Source: Eutreptiella sp. 'Long Island Sound 2002' (taxonomy: Eukaryota; Protista; Euglenida). From it: a stretch of DNA of 64,000 bases. Below, piece by piece: positions 53,560-64,000 of this stretch (within the stretch, counting starts at the first letter, position 1; every line of letters starts with the position of its first letter). Made by a program: the position numbers and the translations under genes. The notes below the pieces were generated by a model. It did no database searches and was not told the origin of the DNA. It saw nothing but the letters and a program-made list of their open reading frames with translations. The stretch covers positions 166,036,001 to 166,100,000 of the forward strand of contig OZ038378.1 in assembly GCA_964036045.1 (NCBI GenBank). Direction: 5' to 3'.

Positions 53560-54565
53560 GGCCAGCCTGGGTCTCAACAGCAGAACTACAACAATCCTCC
53601 ATACCACAACCCTCCAGGAGGGGGCTACCCACCTCAAAGCAACACAGGCTATCCACCACAAGGCAACAGCGCGTACCCACCTCCTGGCGGCACCGGATAC
53701 CCGCCTGCCGGCAACAGTGCGTATCCCCCTCCTGGCAACACTGGGTATCCTCCTCAGAACAACAATGCATACCCCCCTGCCAGCAACACCGGCTATCCCC
53801 CTCCTGGCAACACCGGTTATCCTCCTCCAAACAACAACGCATACCCTCCTCCGAGCAACACCGGCTATCCACCACCTGGCAACACTGGGTATCCTCCTCC
53901 GAACAACAATGCCTATCCTCCACCCGGCAACACGGGGCCCCCTCCACCCGGCAACACTGGCTATCCACCTCAAAACAACACTGGATACCCTCCACCTGGC
54001 AATACTGGCTATCCACCTCAAAACAATACTGGATACCCTCCACCTGGCAATACTGGCTATCCACCCCAGAACCCACCGGTAGGACCACAAGGCAACAACT
54101 CAGCCTACCCACAAGGAAACACAGGGTACCCACCTCAAGCCAACAATCCAGGGTACCCACCTCAAGCCAACAATCCAGGGTACCCGCCCCAAGCCAACAA
54201 CCCGGGGTACCCACCTCAAGCCAACAACCCGGGGTACCCACCTCAAGCCAACAATCCAGGGTACCCACCTCAAGCCAACAACCCGGGGTACCCACCTCAA
54301 GCCAACAACCCGGGGTACCCGCCCCAAGCCAACAATCCAGGGTACCCACCTCAAGCCAACAATCCAGGGTACCCACCCCAAGCCAACAATCCGGGGTATC
54401 CACCCCAAGCCAACACTCCCGGGTACCCACCAGCCCCCGGAGGGTACCCTCTCGCCGCCGGAGGAGGATTTCAACCTGGAGTTCAGGGATACGATCCATT
54501 GATTCCGCAAGGTCCCACAGGCACGAAGAGGGCGCTGTTGATTGGTATCAATTACTATGGGACAG
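53560..54565 (+). CDS. MCA1: Type I metacaspase, exon 2 (P/Y/N/G repeat prodomain and start of the catalytic domain)
   Basis: cacag|GGC; YPPxxNxG and QANNPGYPP repeats; KRALLIGINYYGT; phase-1 donor gtgctg. Confidence 0.85.
53620..54430 (+). repeat. Coding tandem repeats of the prodomain (mixed 24-33 nt units; 27-nt QANNPGYPP array at about 54130-54430)
   Basis: Direct reading of the repeat units. Confidence 0.9.
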
Positions 54566-54940
54566 GTGCTGTGCATGTGTGTGTCTGGGCATGTTGGGCC
54601 CACTGGTGTGATGCCTATGCACGCTCTGACTTTGTTTTCTTTACCACATCTCATCTTTGCCACACATACAACACACGACGGCATTCTATTAAGTTTATCA
54701 ATGTCGCTTAATGCATGTGGTTGTGTGAGTAGATGTGCGTGGGGCATGACATTGCAAGCGGCACCGTAATCATGATGTTCCGCCAGACCTTTTTGCTTGG
54801 GCCAAAGCACGGTGTGCTTGATACTCCACGACATCGATGTCCATTCCCAGCTGCACTCGGGCATCTGTTTGCGATGTGTTATTCAAAATGTCGTGTGAAT
54901 TGCCTGCCGCCTCTGTCACAATCGCTTGGGGACTCCCCAG

Positions 54941-55043
54941 GATCTGAGCTCAAAGGCTGTGTGAACGATGTGAGTACTATGCGCGATTTCTTGCAGCATC
55001 ATGGGTTTCAGCAGCAGAATATGCATATTCTCGTCGATGACAG
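54941..55043 (+). CDS. MCA1: Type I metacaspase, exon 3
   Basis: ccccag|GA; SELKGCVNDV...HILVDD; phase 1 in, phase 2 out. Confidence 0.9.
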
Positions 55044-58000
55044 GTGTCTAGCTTGTACAGCATATAGCTTGAGGCTGTATGGCTATTGTGTTGTTGGGAT
55101 CTAGTGTGTGGATCTGTGTTCACATTCTGTGTAAGCGCATGTGCGTGTGTGTGTTCCTTATTCCTTATGTGGTACTGCTTGTCGGCTTCAGCTAACCCAA
55201 GGACCCAGCCTCAGCCCAAGATAGTGCCATTTGGCCGAGACCTTTGGGCCACCTCTTCCCCAATGTGGGTCCGCTTGGTGTAATACCCTTTTTTTGGGCC
55301 CCCAAGAGGGCAAGGTTTATATAGACATTTTGCTTTTTGCTCCTTTTGGGGAGACCCAATCGTAGTGGCTAGGCAAATACTTTGCAGATGAGCAGACCTC
55401 AAATCATGTCAGCTCACTCTCCAGCCTCCCCAGAATGCCGTAGACATGCCGTAAACGGTGACACACTGGTCGCAGCCCCTTGCTTCAAGGGGGGTGTTTG
55501 TCCATTGGTCTTTATTGGTTGACGGTAGGCACAACCGCTCATGGTGCAAATGCCATGCACGCACCAAACTCGGTGATCAAGCAATTAGATGCTTGCATTG
55601 TGACGGGGCAAGTAATGCCATGTGATTTTTTCCCGGTAGTGGAGCTATGCCCGGGGGTCCTGCAAGCCTGTCTCATGGAACAGCCCGAAGAGGGCACCCT
55701 TAGCATACAATATGCCCACTGCCACAACCTCACTGTCCAAGCCCCGGGGCTGCGGATATCTCTGCACCACGAAATGACCCGTGCAGGTTCCACAACGCTG
55801 CTGTTTTGGTGTCCGGCCGTGTCTCCCTTCAGTTGTGGCCCTCCTGGGCACCGGTACTGCCCATATGTGTGGCACAAATACATGCCAATGCAAGGCGCCA
55901 TATTTCCCGGCACAACGTACCGTTCTCGAAACTAGATACCTTTGCAGGACATGCTTGGTACACACCCTCGCTGAATTTTGTGTTGCCACATGCTCCAAAA
56001 GCGTCCCACTTGTGGCAATGCCCCCCTGTGATGGTGACCCCACCTACGAATGGGGTGACGTGGCAAAGAGCTGCAAGATTGCAACCCGCCTTGCGGGAAA
56101 ATCGTCCGCCCCATCAAAAGGAATCACACGGCGCAACATTTGCCGCGCCGTGAGTGTCTTCCGGAAAACGGGACACCTCATCTTTGTTGGTGCGCAGATT
56201 TTGCGGACAACGAGGAAAGTGCACATTGAACCATGTGCAATTCGGTTGCTAGACTTACAATGTTGTGATTCAGTGTGGTTGTGTTGCTCGGCCTATGCAA
56301 GTAAAATGGAGCACATTTAGGAAGGCAACTGCTTGTAGCCCCTACACAAACCTGTCGGAGAAGTGCCCTTTTTGCACGATGACCGTGTGGTTGTATGGCT
56401 TCGAGGTGCACTGCAAGGAGGCCTTGGTGCTGGCATAGAAGGAATATGCTGAAGAATGATACGCACAGGCCTCCGGTGACGACGTGTATCACACGGCTTG
56501 CCTCCGCATACCGTAGTCCTTTGGCGATTGGCTACCGCTAGGGCATGGCTTGCAATTGTACGAGCGAGTGGCATGGAAAAGCCACCATACCATGCACGGA
56601 GTTGTCAAACTCAGGGGTTAGCTTACCATGCCGCCGTGTCATCCTTTGCACCCATCGCCGCCTCTGCTAGCGCACTAGTATGGCACACAAAACTCCCCCC
56701 GCCTTCCACGAGACCCAATGCAACTTATGCAGGTCAGGTCATGTCAAGCATCACTTGCTACCACCATCCGCCAACCCGCCTTGAAGCGTCCGATGGCAAG
56801 AGACCCAGAGAGGGCGCTTGCCGGCAGAGAGAAGCTACGCGACTCAGATGGGGCTTAAACTGGGGGACTTGGTATGGCAATGGTGCCACTACCTCATTTG
56901 GCCATCCCTTGGAGTAGCGCCCCGTATTGGTCGGTCCCGGTGCGGGGGGCCGCTCCGCCCCATCCAGCTCGACAATCCAGGTGATGCAGCATTTCGCCAG
57001 CAAGTCTGCTACACCAAGCACATGCCAAACACCGCCAATCGTCCATGCACCATGACAAGGGAGGGTGACACGGGGGGCCACACCCACACAATGCGCTAGC
57101 CGTAGGGGTACTACACTTGAACATGGATGGTGCACTACCTTGATGACCGCCTGAGCAACACACCCTCCTACCCCAGCACCCATCAAGCGGCACTGCCCCA
57201 AACCACCAGCCCCCCAAGTGCGGGGAGGGGTTTGCCTCCTTCTCACCAAAATGGCTGCATCACTGCTGCCCCCAAACTGCAACCCCTTCTTCGGCATGAC
57301 TCATTACCTTGTCATCCACCCCCTCTCCCAGTCTGGGGAGGGGGCTACTCAGCCCTCAAATAAACGGTGGCATTGCGCGGAAAGATGTACACTATGGGGG
57401 AACGTTTGCCCGGCGCGCACCCGGCACGCTACTTTTCTATTAACTATCCCGGCATCATCCCCAGATTTACCCTCTCATGGAGAAGCCCCCCAAATAGACT
57501 TTTGACGGCAATTGGATACCACATTTGCTTGTTACCTGCATTATGGCCAGCGGTCATTTGACGGTACTTTGCCGTTACCTTTCCCATAGATTTCGCTATG
57601 GTAATGAGTCCCCAAGCCGCAAGCCGTTTTGGACAGCGTTTCTGCCTCACGTCGCAAGAACGGAGCGCAAACTTAGTATTGGCTACATCACCCCTTCCTT
57701 CTCAGGGGCCCAAAATTCGGTGGAATGGCTACGCCACCCCTGCCTTCGCAGGGTCCCCTTGGTGGGGAGAAATCAACCTAGTAAGGGGTGGATGTGGTAG
57801 AAACGAGCATAAAATGTAGGGGTGGTAATGGCGAGGACAGGGTGCCCTTTTTCCCAGATTTATCTCGACATCCGTCCCAAATGTACCCTCCCCGAGAGAA
57901 ATACCGCAATCACACCAAAAGCAACCCCAAACCCATCCCTGCAGAGCATGCAACATAAGACATAATCTGTGAATTCCACTTCCTCAACACATGTGTATTG

Positions 58001-58520
58001 TGCCCGTAGCAGTTGTGGAACCACTTAGTGCTAAACGTGTTGTGCACTACTCCTACTAGGATAATGAAGGTGAATTGTATAAGCATTAGTGCAATCATAC
58101 CACTTCAAAATGTCTTGAAACGAAAAAAGAGTGACAGAAAAGAAAGAATAAGCAAATTAAGCTTATATTGCACTGTATGAACATTTATGGAGGTATACTA
58201 CGAAGAACTGCAAACCATAACAAAACAATAAAAAAAACCAATAGCAACGATGTTTGCACACAAAACGATAAAAAAAACCAATAGCAACAATGTTTGCGCA
58301 CAGCGGTAGTGGTGTTGCTGTGCACCATGTGCATGTCACACATTTAGTGGCACGCCTAATAGATCCACGGAATGCTTGGAACAGTGCTCTGCAACACTTC
58401 ACAACCTACCATGCTTGAATTGTGACAGGAAGGCTCCACCTAGTCATGCACTTTTGTTGTTTGGTGCTTGACAAGGCAAGCCACGCTTAGACACCTCCTT
58501 TTTGTTGTGTCTTTCTCCTT

Positions 58521-58564
58521 TGTGTGTGTGTGTGTTTGTGTGTGTGCACGCATGCACGCATGCA

Positions 58565-58597
<33 letters not shown>
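58521..58597. repeat. Imperfect (GT)n microsatellite in the metacaspase intron
   Basis: GT runs. Confidence 0.85.
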
Positions 58598-60984
58598 ACA
58601 TGAAATGTGGTGGTTGCATCTATTACGGCCATTTCCACTTCTTCTGATTGGTGTGTTGCCACGCTACACACAATGGCACAGTGCAAAACCTTGACCCATA
58701 AAAATGGACGCCACATTAAATATGAACTCTTGCTTAGGGCTAGCTACTACTTGGGTACTACCAAGTTAACTTTCTTCATCACGAGCATCTTGGTGTGACG
58801 TCTCACTAACATCGTGGATTCTTACGAGAGGCCAGCCCTTGCACCAAGGTTTCGGTTCCACAATAATTAATTGCAAGCTGCCTCACCGGTCAAATGGCTG
58901 TAAAGGCGGTTCATGGCATTTATTTAACAAAAACGCAATGAACCGCCTGTTAGCGAGTGTTTATTAGTGTTTATTGGCGTTTGAGAGAATTTGGGTTTAG
59001 AATTTAGTTGATGGGAGATTTGCATTGGTGTCATACACTTCTTTTTGCTTGTTTTGTTGTCATGGGCACTAACATTTGGATGTGTCGAGGGGTGGATGCT
59101 GGCATCGGCATCGGCTGTTGTTGTTTTGTTTTCCTATTTCCTATTCAATGTGGTAAAAGCACGTCCAATGTCCCGTATCTCAACAATCAAATTAACGGCA
59201 TACAAAGACTTGCGACTAGTTGACCAGCTTACTTTTTACTTTTTGGAGAAACAATGGCGTCAATTTCCAAGAAAATGCTATTTTTTGCTATGCATGTGGG
59301 TTGTTGAAGTGGATTTTCAGGTTTTGGTAAATGGTGCCAAAGCTTGTAATTTATGGCACCGGTATGGTATCAGCTGAGTGAGCCCTGCATCACCTTGCAA
59401 GTCATGCATGGAACAATGCCTCTGCACAATCTTGTGCACACTATGCAACAAATTGAGGATGGAGTCCTAAACAGCATATTGGATGTGGCAAACAACATCG
59501 GTTGTGCTAGGGACATTCATGCAAAGAAACAACCCAAAACCATAGCACTACATCCCCCCTTAGCAAGAAACTCCCAACCACCTTAGCCGACCCCTTCCCA
59601 TGCCTGCCATCCACAAGACCTGTGACCTTTCCTACATCAGTGCGACGAATCATATGGAATAAATTCAGATGGGTGGACCTGAGGCGGAACAAAGGTGGCA
59701 CAAGAACAGGGGGGGGGGGGGTTGGGGGGCTGCCAACCAGGACCCAATCCCTCTTTGCGGACCTCAAAATGGTTCTATGGGTCAATGGATTTTTGGGCGT
59801 CGGAGGTGCCAAAGATTTTGTTTTAGGCATCCGGTAGGGGGAAATTTTTTGGTTTTACCCTATGTGTCTATACTCAAAATACTCAGACGTTTGTGGAGAA
59901 CTCAAAAATGGGTGAAAAACACCACAAAACATTTTGACCACGACCTGACCACCGGGTCAGACCTTGGCTGACGGGAGCCTGAGCTGATGGGCCTTTTTTT
60001 TTCCCCAAAAAAATCCTTCATCCCACTTGTGTATGTTCAAAATGATCAGCACGTCATGGGGTCATTTTGAGTTATGTATGTTGGAGTACCCCCCCCCCCC
60101 CCCGGGGACCCCGGTGGCTGAACACCCGACCCACCTACCCGCTGGGTTTGGGTCAACGAAGGGGGGGGTTGGGGGAGCCCCCCGCCCCCCCTTCTACAAC
60201 CCCTGAAATGGTTGAAAACCTCTCGGGGTCACATCCCGCCAGGCAGCCGCCCCCGTGCACAAGAAAGAATCTTTCCAAACAGAGCCATAACATCAACCAT
60301 GAACAGTGGCCCCCTGCACCACACCTGAGTCACCTTAGCCACCCCATTAGGCCATTGCTTACCCACTTGTGAATAGTATAGTGGATAGTGCCCACATTAT
60401 GAGGAACACCAGGCAAGGGAGTGTTGTCTGCACAGTGTCCTAAACAACAAACGTCAAAGTTCACTCCTCCTAAAATGTATTGACCCACACTTTTGTGGTA
60501 TCAGGAAGAGACTGTCAAACAACCCTCCACTAATGGTTTAGGGCGGAGAGGATGGCTGATCCAACCGAGACTTGCCCTTTGGGGGTGAAGGGACCATGGA
60601 CCAACCCCACTGACAACGTCCCTGCAGCCGTGGGTTTTAGGGTTGCCACCGTGCCAGAAGCTGGCCCTTGACTGGGTCGTTACGGCTCCTGTATGGAGAG
60701 GAACAAACCACCACACCCGGATGTTCCATGGCTAGGAGCCGAATGTAGCATGCGATGTGCAGGGACAGGCAGTTTAGATCAGGGTATTCAGGGAGGAGTC
60801 TGAGGGGGAGTGTTTGCCTGATGCGCGCTCCGCATGCTACTTTTGTGCCAAGTATCCAAAGTAAATTTACCCCCCACTGTACACAAAATTGAGAAAACCT
60901 TTTTAAGCACGGCAGCAGGCTCACATGGTGAGGATTGGTGCTTTGTATGCTTTCACCCATGGCCGCTTGTGTGCATGCACTCAG

Positions 60985-61195
60985 GTCCTGGAACACACAA
61001 CCCCCCACAAGAGCCAACATCACCCAAGAATTCCAGTGGCTTTCGCAGGGAGCACAACCTGGAGATATCTTGTTCCTACATTACTCTGGTCACGGGACGC
61101 AAACGCGCGATCTGGACGGGGACGAGGCTGATGGATATGACGAGGCGCTTGTGCCTTTGGACCACCAGTCCGCTGGGGTAATCACGGATGATGAG
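60985..61195 (+). CDS. MCA1: Type I metacaspase, exon 4 (catalytic His)
   Basis: actcag|G completes the phase-2 codon across a 5.9-kb intron; PTRANI...FLHYSGHG...DEADGYDEALVPLD. Confidence 0.9.
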
Positions 61196-61575
61196 GTGTG
61201 GAGTACTCTCTGTCCCCCTCCCTCCCGACCTGGGTGCTCTTCTGCTGCTGGCTTCATTTTTAGAGCATGTTCATCACCGCGGATGTATTTTCAGGGTGTG
61301 CATAAAGAGCACCCTTGTTAGAACAACAAAGGGGCACGTTTCAGTGCTTTTTACTGTTGTGCTCCTAAGAGGGATACACTGGGTGCATCTGCGTTGCCTC
61401 TTCCGTGCCAGGGACGTGAGGGTGCTTGCCGGCTGCGATTTCTTGTTCGGGTCGGGGGTCGTTGATTACTGAGCCGCTACCTTCTCTCTGGACTGTCATG
61501 CCTTTGCAACTGCATGAGGGTCTGATTCTCCATGCCTTCGTTCTGTTGGTCACTGCCACCCCCTTTGCACAACAG

Positions 61576-61800
61576 GTGTTTGATCGCGTGTGTGCCAGGC
61601 TGCCGCAGAGGTGCCGGCTGACGGCTGTTATGGACTGCTGCCATAGTGGGACTGTGATGGACCTGCCCTACACTTTCAAAGCGAACAAGGCCAATATGGC
61701 AAATATATTTGTGAATGGCAAGTTCAATGCAGCGGGGCTGCCACAGATGCTGATGAGCCAAAAGTGGGACTTGACAAACAAGAAGAAGATGAAGAAGCAG
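61576..61800 (+). CDS. MCA1: Type I metacaspase, exon 5 (catalytic Cys); 3' boundary uncertain and p10 exons not found
   Basis: caacag|GTG; LTAVMDCCHSGTVMDLPY; possible donor CAG|gtctac at 61801. Confidence 0.8.
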
Positions 61801-64000
61801 GTCTACATGTTCGGTACCATCGGGATGCTTCATGTATCACGACGGGATTGAGGGCCGCCCGCCCCACTCCCACCCCGCAGAACCCCCCAGCTGCGCCAAT
61901 AGGAACAGTACTTTTGCCAAATGGGAGAATGCACGCCAGGCACTGTGCAACACAACGTTGAAGGGTAGTGGTTCATAGTAATTGCCCTCTAGCCTGCCTG
62001 AAGCTGCATGTTGGCAAGGCAAGGAAGGGGTCCCCCCCCCCCCCCCCGCAGTTGTGTGCGTTTGGGGCGCTCTAGGTGGGGCAGGGAATTCATTCAAAAC
62101 ACAAGTACTTTCAAAACACTCAGAATGAATGGGGGAAGTCAGAAATACCCCCAAAACCGAAAAAAAATTTGCCCCCCAACCCCACACCCGAACCCCCTGC
62201 TCACACTCTGGGGGTTGATGTCCGGAATTGAACTGAACTGAACCCCCCACCCCCCCAAGTCATGTTTCTGGGCTGCACTCTGCCCGGCGAGGGTCTACGT
62301 TGATGGGTCTCCCAGACTTCTGGATCGGGAATGCTCTCACTGCACATGCAATGGCTGCATATTTTAGTCGCGAGGAGGGTGTTGCATGAAGGCTTGTTGG
62401 TTGCCCTGTGTACGACCGGTGCCCAGTGCTTTGGCTTTTGTGTGAACTGCTGGTATTAATCCATGTGGTTTGTGATCACGGGGAGTGGGTGCAGCTCTGT
62501 GGATGAAAATGGAATGTTAGTCCAATTGCTCCCTGCGGTAGCGCGTCCACTCCCTGCTGGCGCCGGTAGGCTTGCATGCAGTCGTTCCCAAGACCGTGAC
62601 GGTGATGTGGGAAGTGTACCGCAGCGCCATGAGGCGCAGGGTCTCCTAATGTTATCCCTCAGTGGTGCGCTGCAGTTCCAGACATTTTTCCCAGGGTGTT
62701 GGCCGTAGCGGACGACTGCCACTTGAAAGCAAGCCGCTACGGCCAATGCAGGAGGGCTGCCTCTTATGCAGGTGGGAGCCTGACGATGATGACCCAAACA
62801 ACCCCCCCAACCATCCACCCACCCACTTGCAGGGACGCCAAGGGGCAGAAGTAGCACCTGTGAGCAGAGGGACAGCTGTCCCACTGTCACTCGAGGACTT
62901 CTTTTTTCTCATTGGCTTGGAACAAGCAACATGAACAATTTCTAAAACTCCAAACCAGTGCGCCAACCCAGAAGTACCAACCGGCACACTTACTCAGCCT
63001 TGATGGCAACTCCCCTGACTTGGCCTGATCCGTGGGGCCCATTGAGTACAGCATATCTGCACACAAGTTGGCATTGGGCCCAGTGCGTCACCACATGACC
63101 AGCCACAAACAGGGGTAGAACATGGAACCCCCTCTGCCAACCCCCGTCTCCCCCAAATCGGCGGCCTACTTTCGACTTTACCGATTTGCTCTGCCAATTT
63201 GTTGGCTTTCTGGATTTTGCTGATTTGTTCTGTCGAGTTGTTAGGGTTTCTGGGGCACCTGATGAGAAAAAAGGGTACAATGCTCTGAGATGTGCATCAT
63301 TTACTTTTTTTGTGTCATTAAAGTTTTTGTTAAAATGTTCATTGTTCAAGTTGACAGCATGAAGTCTTGTTACTGTGGTCCCTTGGGATTCTTTGTCTCC
63401 TGCTGATCAAACTTTTCTGTGGGACAAGCACCTTGATGCTGGTGAGGGTGCAATTTGTGACTTCTGTGTTTTCTTTGCACACCTCAGTTCAGTCTTCTCG
63501 GGTCAGTCTTCTAGGGGAGTCTTCTAGTGCTGCCACAGAGTCTGCTGCTCACCCACCCAGCACATCACAGTCAGATGGTCAAAAGGGTTCGCAAAGGATT
63601 CGCAAAACCTTCGCAACCTAAGACTAAGAAGACCCAAGAACCCCCGTGTGCTGAAAAATGGTTCAATCACAACCAGGGTTGGAAAATTCGGAAAGTACGG
63701 TCTGTATGGCAACAACGGTGTGCTGTATTGTTGACTGTGCGGGAAAGGCACGGAAGGACTCACGGACGAAGTGTGCATTTGCCTTTTTTTGTGGCAGGCT
63801 TTGTTTGTGCATGAAAAAACAGAGTTTCCATCAGGTTGACCAGTCTAAGGTAGGTAATAAAAATTTAAGCAGTGGGATATTATCGACATACCCATTTTTC
63901 ACCAAAGCAACTTGCCACTGACCTGGATCACAGTTGCAGAGCTGCTTTGGGGGAAGGCTTCACCATGCCCAGGAAGCCGCTCACCCAAGGCTTCGGATCT

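Noticed and set aside
53349-61800. Euglenid non-conventional introns
   Set aside because: Every intron I could define has GT-AG ends with consistent phases.
62258-62340. Metacaspase p10 exon (VMFLGC...SQTS resembles VMFSGCxDxQTS)
   Set aside because: Wrong spacing, an in-frame TGA between the motifs, and no usable acceptor.

Overview
Eukaryotic, transposon-rich genomic DNA, about 55% GC. The host is probably a euglenozoan or euglenid-like protist; this is inferred from a TATE/VIPER-type element and AG acceptors just upstream of start codons. Four host genes lie on the + strand and their introns are conventional GT-AG: the last exon of an importin-4-like karyopherin (8211-8510), an intronless RRM protein (18221-19258), a two-exon SLC25 mitochondrial carrier (41684-46789), and a type I metacaspase with a long Pro/Tyr/Asn repeat prodomain (53349 to at least 61800, 3' end not found). 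The rest is mostly mobile DNA. (1) At 1-7550, in the importin intron, is a nested array at (GT)n tracts. It holds two copies of a Penelope-like element (CxC linker, RT motif C reads FRDN) and three copies of a cassette of two tail-to-tail tRNA-like Pol III units whose predicted RNAs are complementary to each other. (2) At 24423-35160 is an apparently full-length 10.7-kb APE/RT non-LTR retrotransposon with an 18-bp TSD. It has a TAATG stop-start junction, a 2A-like peptide, a large insertion in the RT palm, and an ORF2 frame that stays open across the whole of ORF1. (3) At about 37.4-39.9 kb is a decayed gag-YR-RT element. (4) There are also a decayed LINE with RNase H, a TA-flanked MITE, a family of short elements with GCGCGCAG end repeats, and several mini- and microsatellites. 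All product calls come from motif recognition by eye; no database search was run.
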